IMG/VR virus record: IMGVR_UViG_3300030117_006141 | Location: 1-64,000 of that record | DNA length: 64,000 nucleotides | Strand: one strand, 5' to 3' | Origin: a virus | Shown: one piece after another, positions 49,778 to 58,873 of the stretch | Numbering within the stretch: the first letter of the stretch is position 1 | Layout: the number at the start of each line of letters is the position of its first letter | The notes under the pieces: model-generated | Database searches by the model: none | What the model was told of the DNA's origin: nothing | Seen by the model: the letters and a program-made list of their open reading frames with translations, nothing else | Program-made: the position numbers and the translations under genes

Positions 49778-50287
49778 TTATTTGAATTTTTTTAATTCAC
49801 GTTCGATTTTTCTAATGGATACACCTATAGCTTTAATATCTTTCTTAAGCTTGGCCTTATTTTGTTTCTTCTTCAACTTATGTAACTCGACCATTAACCT
49901 ATTACGCTTATCCGCTTTTTGGAATTTATTTAATTTTCTTTCCTGCTTTTTCTTCTTCTTTATTTTAGTAATAGGTAATGTTCCTTTAAGATCAGGTTGC
50001 TCAACACCCTTATGATATACAGTGCCATCCTTGTGAACATATACATTCATAAAATGCCAACCCGGTGGCTTATCAGACTTTTTCTTTGTAATAATATTAG
50101 GGGGTTCCGTCATATTATGGACACATATATAACATGTGACTGCAGTAGCATCTTCACCTACTTCAGTTAATGCTCCACATTCCCTGCATTCCATATGTCT
50201 GTATTTAACATCAGGGAGCCTATTCCATCTGTTAATTTTTAAATACTTAACTTCATAATTTATCTTATCTTTAGTCTTTGTTGCCAT
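49778..50287 (-). CDS. Zn-ribbon protein with basic C-terminus
   Basis: CREC...CYIC. Confidence 0.6.
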   Translation of the reverse strand: MATKTKDKINYEVKYLKINRWNRLPDVKYRHMECRECGALTEVGEDATAVTCYICVHNMTEPPNIITKKKSDKPPGWHFMNVYVHKDGTVYHKGVEQPDLKGTLPITKIKKKKKQERKLNKFQKADKRNRLMVELHKLKKKQNKAKLKKDIKAIGVSIRKIERELKKFK

Positions 50288-50299
50288 ATATAAAATTTA

Positions 50300-51484
50300 T
50301 TAGTTTAATGGTTTAGGCCTTTTCTTATCGGCCTTTTTTTCTTGTACAGCATTTGATTTTTTTACAAATACCTTCTCTTGTTCTGGTTCTCCATATACTT
50401 TATAAGTATCAACCTCTTTCATTTCCAAACCTGACTTATCAGATGGATTGTCTTTGTTCTCAGGTATAAAAGATTCTAAGTCACTAAAATAATCTTCTTC
50501 ACCATCACCCCACTTTTCTTTTAATTCATCCAAAGTATATGGTGTGTCAAATTCCAATCCAGGTGGGCAAGATGCTTTAACTTGCTCATCAAAATCCATC
50601 GCAGGCTCTGATGAATATATAAACTCCTCACCATCTGGTATATCTTTAATATCATCTTTGTTGGTTACAACTCTTATACCATCTTTTTTAATTTGGGAAA
50701 ATGCAAAGTTGGCTGCTACGACCATCGCAATCGCCAATGGATCAAATACAAATATAATTAATAATAAAAACCAATTAACAACTTGACCCATATCCTTACC
50801 AGTTGTTTCTGATAGATATTTTAATGGACCCAGTTCTCTTTGTTCTTCATTACCAATTTCTAATTCTAGTAGTTCTGTATCAATCCTCATCACAGAATCC
50901 ATTACAGCTTCTAATCTTAGATTTACATTATCCCTATCAACAATTGTTGATTCTAATTCTTTTTGTAATGCTCTTCTTGTAGAACTAGACGTTGTTGTAA
51001 TTACCTGCTGTGCAGTCTCATCCCAATAGGATACGGATGTCGGATTTGAAAGTGATGTCCTCAGATCAGATATAGTTGTATTTAATTGTGTCTTCTCTAT
51101 ATTAAGATCAGTCTTCTGTTCTTCAAACCTATTTTGTTTAGTTTGCAATACAGCTAATGACTTATCTAAAAATTCGGACTTGGTGGCAGTTTCTTGGTAT
51201 GCCCCGGATAAGAATCCGTATATACCACCACTCGTAATTACCATCAAAACAAATACAGCTATCGACAAATAAAATCGTAACCACTTATTAATAGTCCCCC
51301 AATATTGATATAATAAAGAAGCCACCACAAGTTTTGCAAACTCGAGTGACCCAGCCATTATGATTACTTGGGTTGATGCTCCCGCGAATAGTTTACTCAA
51401 TCCGAACACAGAATAAAATGCCGCAGATCCAGAAACCAATAAAGCCGCGAGGCCTATTAATAATGGAAACAATCTTTTTTTCAT
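50300..51484 (-). CDS. Multi-pass membrane protein with coiled coil
   Basis: Three N-terminal TMs, a long heptad region, a TM ending IIFVFDPLA, and an acidic tail. Confidence 0.7.
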   Translation of the reverse strand: MKKRLFPLLIGLAALLVSGSAAFYSVFGLSKLFAGASTQVIIMAGSLEFAKLVVASLLYQYWGTINKWLRFYLSIAVFVLMVITSGGIYGFLSGAYQETATKSEFLDKSLAVLQTKQNRFEEQKTDLNIEKTQLNTTISDLRTSLSNPTSVSYWDETAQQVITTTSSSTRRALQKELESTIVDRDNVNLRLEAVMDSVMRIDTELLELEIGNEEQRELGPLKYLSETTGKDMGQVVNWFLLLIIFVFDPLAIAMVVAANFAFSQIKKDGIRVVTNKDDIKDIPDGEEFIYSSEPAMDFDEQVKASCPPGLEFDTPYTLDELKEKWGDGEEDYFSDLESFIPENKDNPSDKSGLEMKEVDTYKVYGEPEQEKVFVKKSNAVQEKKADKKRPKPLN

Positions 51485-51669
51485 TATTGTGCGCTATCGT
51501 AATTTAATGATATCTTTTGTTGAACCTCTAAAATATGTTCTTTAGCTTGTGCAATTCTTTTCATCGCCTCAGGTGCACTAATATGAGACTTGTCAATTCC
51601 TTGGTATGTCGACTCTAATAAATTAGTAGCTTTCTCCAAGTTGTTCTCGATCATTTGTTTATACTTCAT
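51484..51669 (-). CDS. Small hypothetical protein
   Basis: 61 aa with an AAGGAG SD. Confidence 0.55.
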   Translation of the reverse strand: MKYKQMIENNLEKATNLLESTYQGIDKSHISAPEAMKRIAQAKEHILEVQQKISLNYDSAQ

Positions 51670-51682
51670 GTAGTATTCTCCT

Positions 51683-51790
51683 TAATAATATATTAATAAT
51701 TATATAATAATAATAAAATATAATAAATAATAAAATAATTATATTATATACTATATTACATATTATATTATATGTTTATTAATATAATAA
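51683..51790. repeat. Near-pure AT low-complexity tract (TAA/TATA units)
   Basis: Only 3 G/C in about 108 nt. Confidence 0.8.
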
Positions 51791-51821
51791 AAATTTTTCA
51801 TAAAAGCAACCTTTTACGCAA

Positions 51822-52055
51822 TTATTTTTCAATTATTTTTGCCTCTTCAATAACCTCACAAATTAAGTATTGTTCTGTCATTGCCGTGCGCATTACATGA
51901 TTACCACCAATATGATCCCTCCAAGCCTGTAATATTTTCATTCTATTCTCGTGGGTGTCTGATACACCATATGGTCTAGGATCTAAATTGTGTTCTTTAA
52001 TCTTTCTCAAGATTCTATATGCTTTGCCGTTATTATAAAATATGTTTTCGTACAT
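51822..52055 (-). CDS. Hypothetical protein
   Basis: 77 aa ORF. Confidence 0.55.
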   Translation of the reverse strand: MYENIFYNNGKAYRILRKIKEHNLDPRPYGVSDTHENRMKILQAWRDHIGGNHVMRTAMTEQYLICEVIEEAKIIEK

Positions 52056-52088
52056 AACTAGGGTGGACTGGAATTACCTAAATATAAC

Positions 52089-52523
52089 CTACTTGATTGT
52101 TATAGTCTTTGGTTTGCTTTCTTCAGACACAGGCACCTGTATCATTAATAAACCATTTTGCATTGATGCATTGATTGTGGTAAGATCATACTTTGGACTT
52201 ACCTTCCATCCCATATCAAAACTTCTTCTAGCTATACCCTTATGGATATAATCATTAGCTTCTATATTTGAAGGGTTTGATTCAACTGATGGTTTTTTAT
52301 AAGCAACCTTCAAAGTATTGCCTTCAGTTGTAATACTGATATCGTCTTTCTCTAATCCAACGCAAGCGATATCAAAACATAATTCACCCATATCATTAGT
52401 ATAAATGTCTACAGGGTAATTAGGTTTCTGTTCCACAAATGATTGGAACATTGATTCATTGTCAAAAAAATTTCTGAATAATAGGTCCGTTGGTAAGAAC
52501 CTCTCTTGTAAGAATGTTGTCAT
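52089..52523 (-). CDS. Small heat-shock protein (Hsp20/IbpA-like)
   Basis: NYPVDIY, IACVGL.K.DI.I, YIHKGIARRSF and A.MQNGLL.I. Confidence 0.93.
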   Translation of the reverse strand: MTTFLQERFLPTDLLFRNFFDNESMFQSFVEQKPNYPVDIYTNDMGELCFDIACVGLEKDDISITTEGNTLKVAYKKPSVESNPSNIEANDYIHKGIARRSFDMGWKVSPKYDLTTINASMQNGLLMIQVPVSEESKPKTITIK

Positions 52524-52601
52524 AATTAAATCTCCTTAAATAATTTAATGTTAATATAAGGCGTCATCCAGTCCACCTTTATTATAATTATATGTTAACC
52601 T

Positions 52602-53198
52602 CTATTTTAGATCAAATATGTAAGTATGCAATTCTTCTCCTTCTCTCATAGTAGTTCTATACTCATAAGAAGTTACGCCTCTCACAGCTTCAATCATTTC
52701 TTTTGCTTTATCTAATATTGTTATCTCATTTGAAGACAAAGCTAATTTGTCATTTATAACAGTCATTTGGAGTGAACCTGTTTTAGAACCCGGGGTGTCA
52801 ACAAGATCATCGGGTAATAACGATTTGCCCTTCTCCAGTCTATCCGTATAATAATGTTTTAGTTTAATAGACAATGATTCCCACCATTTTGCAAATTCGG
52901 GTTTAGAGTTCTTAAACCATTCAGCTGCTTCATCGTCAGTCAATGCATCCCATACCTCATTAACGTCTGGTAGATTGTGTTCGAGGTGTTTGAACCAATT
53001 TATAATCCTATCATAAGCTTTCTTTTCACTAGATAACCCTGTTGTGTATATAGCATTATATGGTCTGGTAGGATCGAACGTCATCCGTTTATTTGGGTAA
53101 GACTTCTTTGGATTAATATACTCAACAAAAGTCCAATCCTTATATTTGAATTTGTTTAACATATTATCTTCCCATGTTCCGTTATTATCTGTTATCAT
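52602..53198 (-). CDS. Hypothetical protein flanked by 10-bp direct repeats
   Basis: 198 aa ORF with TTAACCTCTA at 52595-52604 and 53211-53220. Confidence 0.6.
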   Translation of the reverse strand: MITDNNGTWEDNMLNKFKYKDWTFVEYINPKKSYPNKRMTFDPTRPYNAIYTTGLSSEKKAYDRIINWFKHLEHNLPDVNEVWDALTDDEAAEWFKNSKPEFAKWWESLSIKLKHYYTDRLEKGKSLLPDDLVDTPGSKTGSLQMTVINDKLALSSNEITILDKAKEMIEAVRGVTSYEYRTTMREGEELHTYIFDLK

Positions 53199-53220
53199 AC
53201 GCAGTAAATTTTAACCTCTA

Positions 53221-53444
53221 GCCTCCGGGATTTTGACGACATGATCCCTGTTCGCCGTTGGGTCAGGGTGCCTATCAGGCAGCCATCGCCATTTCAACTT
53301 GTTCGCCAGTTGTTACGGTGACCTTCCTTATATCCTTATCATCCTGTCAAATCCGATCATCCCCATGTCGTAAATATCTTTTAGTGGAGATGGAGGGAAT
53401 CGAACCCTCGTCCAAGAATGTAGCTAATACAAGTACTAGCGGTC
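53221..53444 (-). ncRNA. ssrA: Circularly permuted (two-piece) tmRNA gene; tag (A)GEQVEMAMAA
   Basis: The acceptor piece (about 53444-53385) ends GAGGG-TTCGATT-CCCTC-CATCTCC-A. After a 20-nt spacer, the coding piece starts GGGGATG at 53364, giving a 7-bp acceptor stem with G3:U70. The tag ORF at 53307-53275 ends GCT GCC TGA TAG. The outer ends are approximate. Confidence 0.92.
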
Positions 53445-53456
53445 ATATATAAATAT

Positions 53457-53699
53457 CTACTTCTTCCTTAATAATTTAACTAGTTTGGCACATTTTTCAT
53501 ATTCCTCTGTTCCGGTAAAGTAATCTATTAAACTATTAATAGCCTCTTTACCCTCCGGATCGTCTAACATCCAATACGCTTCAGGTAGGCTGTCCCAGTC
53601 ATAACCTTTAATTATAAAGTCATATGTATTACGCATTGCTTCATCAGCCAATTCCTGATCAAGCTCATTATTCTCCATGTCTTTATAAAAGTCTTCCAT
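53457..53699 (-). CDS. Small acidic protein with C-terminal UVR (UvrB/C-like) motif
   Basis: YFTGTEEYEKCAKL. Confidence 0.65.
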   Translation of the reverse strand: MEDFYKDMENNELDQELADEAMRNTYDFIIKGYDWDSLPEAYWMLDDPEGKEAINSLIDYFTGTEEYEKCAKLVKLLRKK

Positions 53700-53712
53700 A
53701 TATTAATAAATA

Positions 53713-54117
53713 TTAAGTAAGTAGTTTATTTACACCATTATGTTTTTTATATATAGCATTAATTTTTTGTAAGCTAGATTTACTAAAAACCTCATGGCTT
53801 TTGTTTCCTAAGAAACTTTGCATAAGAAATAATATATCTGATAATTCCTTTCTATCATTTTTATATTCATCTATATCAAAATTATTATGCCCCTCGGCTA
53901 ATATAATATTTTTCTTTACTAATGATATAGCCTTTTTAGTCTTATCAATATATTCATTCGTACTTAAATCGGGTGAGGCAAATGAATCCAGGATCCCATT
54001 TACAGAATCACTGAATCCACTACCCGTATTTATATTAGATAAAGCATCTGCTTTATCCTGTGCCTCTAACATCTTATCAGCGAGCCTAGTTAACTTTTTT
54101 CTTTTTTGCTCTTCCAT
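53713..54117 (-). CDS. Hypothetical protein
   Basis: 134 aa, with C-terminal KSSLQKINAIYKK motif. Confidence 0.55.
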   Translation of the reverse strand: MEEQKRKKLTRLADKMLEAQDKADALSNINTGSGFSDSVNGILDSFASPDLSTNEYIDKTKKAISLVKKNIILAEGHNNFDIDEYKNDRKELSDILFLMQSFLGNKSHEVFSKSSLQKINAIYKKHNGVNKLLT

Positions 54118-54301
54118 TGTATCTCTTCTTATAAGGCTTATTACTTCTTTTAGGTAACTGCTCTTTAATAAGCTTAGTGATTAATGTTTTATCTAATAAG
54201 TCTGCTTGTAGCATTCCCATCTTCTTACGGACATAAACTGCTACTGCTATTGCTCCTGCAATAAATCCAATTATAAATAATAAAATATAATTTAGTATCA
54301 T
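54086..54301 (-). CDS. Small N-terminal TM protein
   Basis: ILLFIIGFIAGAIAVAVYV. Confidence 0.55.
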   Translation of the reverse strand: MILNYILLFIIGFIAGAIAVAVYVRKKMGMLQADLLDKTLITKLIKEQLPKRSNKPYKKRYNGRAKKKKVN

Positions 54302-54320
54302 ATCATTCTAACTCCTTTCT

Positions 54321-54671
54321 TTAAAAATTAAACGTTCCTCCAGTAGGCATCTCAGATCTTTTATCTTCGATGATTCCCATTCTCTTGGCTTTAGCATAAA
54401 CATCTTTGAGTGCATGACATGCCTCCATAATTTTATTAGCCTCTGTCCAAGTTACTTCATGCTTCTTACCATCTATTAATATATAACCCATAGTTGGTTG
54501 TGTAGCATCTCCCATAGGAGTTTGGTTTCCATATCTTAATTTGTATCCAATGGAACTCCATAGTTTACCATACCTCCCAGGATTGAATGGTTTCTTTTGA
54601 TTGTGTTTAATTGGTAGTCTACTTCCTGGTCCTCTACCTTCTCTTCTGATTCGATTATTATATCTCTTCAT
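54321..54671 (-). CDS. Basic hypothetical protein
   Basis: 116 aa, downstream of a host-type promoter. Confidence 0.55.
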   Translation of the reverse strand: MKRYNNRIRREGRGPGSRLPIKHNQKKPFNPGRYGKLWSSIGYKLRYGNQTPMGDATQPTMGYILIDGKKHEVTWTEANKIMEACHALKDVYAKAKRMGIIEDKRSEMPTGGTFNF

Positions 54672-54753
54672 CTTATTTTAGCATTAAGGGGGCAAGCCGG
54701 TCTTAGTTAATAATATATTTTAATATAAAAAATTTTTTTGAATTATCCAAATT

Positions 54754-55068
54754 TTATTTGACTTTTCTTGATATACTATCTAAGTCAAACATCTTGGAAT
54801 TTCTTTTGATTGTGTGCTGGGCGTGACAACATACGGATGCATTTCGCCATGCCTCAAATACGGAATTAAATTTATTGGGGAACCCCTCATCTGAATCCGT
54901 TATGATATTTTTTCCATTCTCCGTTATGAAGAATCTTCCGTCCGGTGTTCCTTGTGTTGCAGCATTTGGGAATTTTCTTAATACTGCTTTCTTGTACAAT
55001 TCGAATTGCGCTCTTTTGTCTATTTCATTAGAACGTCTTCCTAAAAACCTTAAATTTCTTTTTTTCAT
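54754..55068 (-). CDS. Hypothetical protein
   Basis: 104 aa ORF. Confidence 0.55.
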   Translation of the reverse strand: MKKRNLRFLGRRSNEIDKRAQFELYKKAVLRKFPNAATQGTPDGRFFITENGKNIITDSDEGFPNKFNSVFEAWRNASVCCHAQHTIKRNSKMFDLDSISRKVK

Positions 55069-55083
55069 ATTTATTTATTTTGT

Positions 55084-55119
55084 GGTATTACCCCCCACCA
55101 ATAGATGGGGGGCTTTACC
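55084..55119. terminator. Strong GC hairpin (terminator or processing/stability element)
   Basis: CCCCCCA (55091-55097) pairs with TGGGGGG (55106-55112), with outer GGTA/TACC. There is no U-tract on the coding strand. Confidence 0.5.
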
Positions 55120-55132
55120 TATTTAATATTCA

Positions 55133-55357
55133 TTACTTCTTCGTGAAGAATGAAGCTAGTATAACTAGTACGACTAGTCCGATGAATCCACCATTACCTA
55201 AAGTAGTTAACAGTGAAGTCATATTACCGACTACGTCCATTCCTAGAACACTAGTCCCAGTCAATACGTACCATAAAATTGCTAGCGGTATTAATCCCAT
55301 AAAGATTGTTCCCAATCCTGAGAAGAAACCATTTACCATTTTAAATACTGAATCCAT
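55133..55357 (-). CDS. Small two-TM membrane protein
   Basis: Start re-called at MDSVFK (55357) after AAGGAG. Confidence 0.65.
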   Translation of the reverse strand: MDSVFKMVNGFFSGLGTIFMGLIPLAILWYVLTGTSVLGMDVVGNMTSLLTTLGNGGFIGLVVLVILASFFTKK

Positions 55358-55419
55358 AATAATTCTCCTTTTGTTTTTCAAATTAATAATTAATGAAGAG
55401 CATTAAATTATTTATTTAA

Positions 55420-55830
55420 TTAAAACTTAAAACCAAACCCTAATGTAAGGTTTGTAGTTTTAGTTCCCGTGTTATAAACGACTTTTGGATCTACGTAAAT
55501 GTTACTTCTTAAAGTAAATAATTTACCAGCTCCGAATGACATACCATCCGTAGATAGTCCGTCAGTTTCTAAATAAGCAAAATATCCTTTCACAAAATAT
55601 CTTGCGTGGAAATCTACATCCATATCCACTGTCGAATCCGCTTGGCTTACTGAAGCACCTACCATAAGGTTTTCCATTACACCGTAGCCGATTGTTGGAG
55701 ATACTGACCACTCAGTCCAAGCTGTATTAGCTACATCACCTGTTCCCACGTACCAGTCTCCTGCTGTTTGTGCTTGTGCACCGATTAACGTCGCAATTGT
55801 TAATGCGAATGTTAAAATTAAGTTTCTCAT
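55420..55830 (-). CDS. Outer-membrane beta-barrel protein (small, about 8 strands)
   Basis: Signal peptide AQA|Q, alternating amphipathic strands, and C-terminal LGFGFKF BAM signal. Confidence 0.8.
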   Translation of the reverse strand: MRNLILTFALTIATLIGAQAQTAGDWYVGTGDVANTAWTEWSVSPTIGYGVMENLMVGASVSQADSTVDMDVDFHARYFVKGYFAYLETDGLSTDGMSFGAGKLFTLRSNIYVDPKVVYNTGTKTTNLTLGFGFKF

Positions 55831-56025
55831 ATTTGTTCTCCTAATTTCTTTTTACTTGTTTTGTCGCTCTTCATTTTTAATGTCAATACCATACTTTCTT
55901 ATAAACTAACCTGATTAATAAAACATTGATTATTCCCTACACACTGGTTGATACACCGAATAAATTGTGTGTTTCGGTTTTAGAATTTATGATATATATT
56001 TTTCATCTATTATACATATATAGAC

Positions 56026-56265
56026 TTATTTTTTAATATTCGTTTTGTTATTATCTTTTATAAATTTTTCTATCATTTCTGATACACGTAACCATAATTT
56101 GTCATCCCGTTTACTATTCAAAACCTCATTACATACTTCAGATGCCAAGCTATCATCGGACACATATGCGTCAGCTGTAAAGATATTTTTTATACTATCT
56201 ATACCATGTGTCTGATATTTCTCTATCATTGTATCAGTCATTACCCACCTTTTATGAAAGCCCAT
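56026..56265 (-). CDS. Hypothetical protein
   Basis: 79 aa ORF. Confidence 0.55.
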   Translation of the reverse strand: MGFHKRWVMTDTMIEKYQTHGIDSIKNIFTADAYVSDDSLASEVCNEVLNSKRDDKLWLRVSEMIEKFIKDNNKTNIKK

Positions 56266-56512
56266 AATACTTCTCCTTCATTTGTTTAAGCTTACCACAT
56301 TTCTCATACTCTTCGGTCTTTATGAAATACTCCATTAGATTATTCAATTCCTTTCTTACCTTATATGGGCCACCCTTAATGATATCCACTTTACCATTCT
56401 GATCATATTCCTCAACCAGGATATCATATAGTTGATTATTGATTTCATATACCGCTTCGTCTATTGAGTTCAGCAGATCCTCGTGTGTTATATTTTTACC
56501 GTTTATATTCAT
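56252..56512 (-). CDS. Small protein with C-terminal UVR motif (paralogue of 53457..53699)
   Basis: YFIKTEEYEKCGKL. Confidence 0.65.
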   Translation of the reverse strand: MNINGKNITHEDLLNSIDEAVYEINNQLYDILVEEYDQNGKVDIIKGGPYKVRKELNNLMEYFIKTEEYEKCGKLKQMKEKYYGLS

Positions 56513-56762
56513 ATCCTTCCTTCTTCATAAAAGTTAATATCTTCTTACCAATATACGAATCGATATCCACCATATTCTGATCTTCATTATCATTGAATAT
56601 CACTCTATCTACATTCCCATCTTCATCGCGATAGTCTGTAACTAGGTATTTAACATCTACACCATCTGCGTCCTCTAATAGGATACGATAATCAGTATTA
56701 TAGTGGGCTTCTGATGAAGTCCATTTATCTGTTAATGTAAATTTTGCTTTTCTTGTAATCAT
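56496..56762 (-). CDS. Hypothetical protein
   Basis: 88 aa ORF. Confidence 0.55.
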   Translation of the reverse strand: MITRKAKFTLTDKWTSSEAHYNTDYRILLEDADGVDVKYLVTDYRDEDGNVDRVIFNDNEDQNMVDIDSYIGKKILTFMKKEGYEYKR

Positions 56763-56766
56763 ATTA

Positions 56767-58839
56767 TTATTTTTTTAGAAATAGTTTATTAAGTGTTTTG
56801 GCTAATTGAATTAACGCATTAACATCAATCGTCTCTGCATCTCTCCCATACATCATTTGGAAGTTTCGAGATCCATAATCTCCTCTTGAAGATATAAAGT
56901 AACTTAATACTTTAATACCCATCTTTTTAATATCGTTAACCCTTTTTCTTGTATGCTCTGCAGCAGGCTCTCCACCATAGTAGAATCCTTTTGGATTAGC
57001 ATAAGGCTCTCCATCACTAAAGTTAATAAAGTAACTATCCATGTTAGCAGAACTCTGAACCATTATATCTTTAATGGCCTCAAAACATAAACCTTCAGGT
57101 GTTAATCCACCAGGAGATAAATGCTTAAATAATCTTTGGATCTTATTAACATTGTCTGTTCTAGAATCATAGGCCATAAGAACCAATGGAACTTGATTCT
57201 GAGTAGTTCTGTAAGATATCTGAACATGAATGTTATCGATCATAGAAGCAGCCTTAGCAATAGCTACAGCAGCGATCTGTGTCTTTTCCCATTTAGTTCC
57301 ACCCATCGATCCACTAGCATCAATACTAAGGTGAATGTTGGCTGGATTATATTTATCACACATTGTCTGTGTAAAGATTCTCTCTGCGCCAAATCCTAAA
57401 CTAGCAATTAATCTCTTATCAATCTTACCAGACTCTAATCTTGTAAACTTAGTGTTTCTTTCTTCACTTCTAACTTTAAGCTTCTTACCAAGCATACGAC
57501 CCAATCTAAGACCGGCATTAATATTACCTTGCATATCTTCTCTTTCATATGTTCGAGATACTATATTACTAATAGTTCCTGAATCGATTACTCTCTGACT
57601 AAAGTTCTTAATAACGATAACATCAGTAGAGCTACCCTTAGAGTGATAGTAGCTTTCATAGTCTTTACCAACTTCTTTAATCTCTGATCCAGATTCTTCT
57701 AACGATTGTAATTTTTTATAATCAGCCTTAGTAATTTTTTTCTTTCTAATATCACCATCTAAGAAATCTTCTTGTTTCTTTATAGCTCTTTTTACTTTAG
57801 ATTTTTGTGCATCAGACAATTCAGGTAAATCATCTGTAGGTGTACACCCGCCTCTTTGGCCTCCACTACTCTTCTTAGCTTCACCTCCCTCAGCTTTGGA
57901 TCCATCATCATTAGATTGACCTTCTGGAGTTTTAGCTTCTTTAGTTCCATTTGGATTAGAACAACTAGCACCTTCTCCCTGACAATCTTTTTCCTCTTCA
58001 CCTTCTCCCTGACAATCTGTATCTTCAGTTGTAGGTGTAGGTAAGTTTCTTTCTACTATTCTAAATATATCAAATGCAACCTCTAATGCTTCATCAGAAT
58101 TCTTTAATCTACTAATACATCTTAAATTAATAGTATTCCAGATATTCATAAATCCAGGTAATGCATTTAGATCACGATTCTCATTTGTGATATTACATAT
58201 TCTAAACATATAAGAATCCCAAGTAAGCTCTCTATACTCTTTAGAAGCTAGAGCTTTATCAATCGACTTATCATTAAAGTATTTATTATATAATGCATGA
58301 TAGTATCCTTTATAACCAGGAGCCGATGTAAATATAAAATTATCAATACGTCTATCTTCTATAATATTTAATAACTGTCTAACTTTACTTACAATATAAT
58401 TCTCAACCATCCATTTAGCATCGCTATCATCCTTATCTGAAAAGTATTTATCTTTAATCATTTCCTTAATAGAATTTGGAATAACCATATCCGAGCTTTG
58501 TATCAAATCTCTTAATGTATTAAAGTTAGTTAACTTAATATGAGAACCCTCATGTAAAGCTAAACCAACAGCAGAATCAAATTCCTTCTCATTTAGATTA
58601 GCAGATATAACTACTCTCTCACCATCAGTATAAGAATCACCACGTTGATCAAATGTAACAGGTATATCTTTACCCGTAACTAAATTTACGAAATTAGCAA
58701 TAGCTCTTCTATAACTAGCTAATCTAATTAAGTGAGCAGTATTATCTTTTGATACTTCTCCAGTTAATACATCGATATCATCATTTAGAAAGTTATCGCT
58801 TAACCAGAAACTTGAATTGTTGTAATTTGTGTTTAACAT
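56767..58839 (-). CDS. CobT-like protein: HExxH metallopeptidase-like N-terminus, acidic linker and vWA domain
   Basis: LHEGSH, NIIEDRRI, SGKIDKR, MIDAS DASGSMG, TPE and FSDGEP. Confidence 0.88.
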   Translation of the reverse strand: MLNTNYNNSSFWLSDNFLNDDIDVLTGEVSKDNTAHLIRLASYRRAIANFVNLVTGKDIPVTFDQRGDSYTDGERVVISANLNEKEFDSAVGLALHEGSHIKLTNFNTLRDLIQSSDMVIPNSIKEMIKDKYFSDKDDSDAKWMVENYIVSKVRQLLNIIEDRRIDNFIFTSAPGYKGYYHALYNKYFNDKSIDKALASKEYRELTWDSYMFRICNITNENRDLNALPGFMNIWNTINLRCISRLKNSDEALEVAFDIFRIVERNLPTPTTEDTDCQGEGEEEKDCQGEGASCSNPNGTKEAKTPEGQSNDDGSKAEGGEAKKSSGGQRGGCTPTDDLPELSDAQKSKVKRAIKKQEDFLDGDIRKKKITKADYKKLQSLEESGSEIKEVGKDYESYYHSKGSSTDVIVIKNFSQRVIDSGTISNIVSRTYEREDMQGNINAGLRLGRMLGKKLKVRSEERNTKFTRLESGKIDKRLIASLGFGAERIFTQTMCDKYNPANIHLSIDASGSMGGTKWEKTQIAAVAIAKAASMIDNIHVQISYRTTQNQVPLVLMAYDSRTDNVNKIQRLFKHLSPGGLTPEGLCFEAIKDIMVQSSANMDSYFINFSDGEPYANPKGFYYGGEPAAEHTRKRVNDIKKMGIKVLSYFISSRGDYGSRNFQMMYGRDAETIDVNALIQLAKTLNKLFLKK

Positions 58840-58873
58840 ATCTTATTTATTTATATAATAAATATACGAACTA

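Noticed and set aside
53385-53414. Stand-alone tRNA or tRNA fragment (att site)
   Set aside because: There is no anticodon arm, and the matching 5' strand and tag ORF lie downstream, so a permuted tmRNA explains it.
53258-53452. 64-aa plus-strand ORF
   Set aside because: It is antisense to the tmRNA, and the MEGIEPSS string is just the reverse complement of the T-arm.
1302-53456. T4-type TATAAATA promoters firing on the plus strand
   Set aside because: No plus-strand genes follow, and the sites are consistently just upstream of minus-strand starts.
57792-58001. Alternative minus-strand ORF inside the vWA gene
   Set aside because: It is an off-frame product of the low-complexity linker, which has a short CTTCTCCCTGACAATCT duplication.
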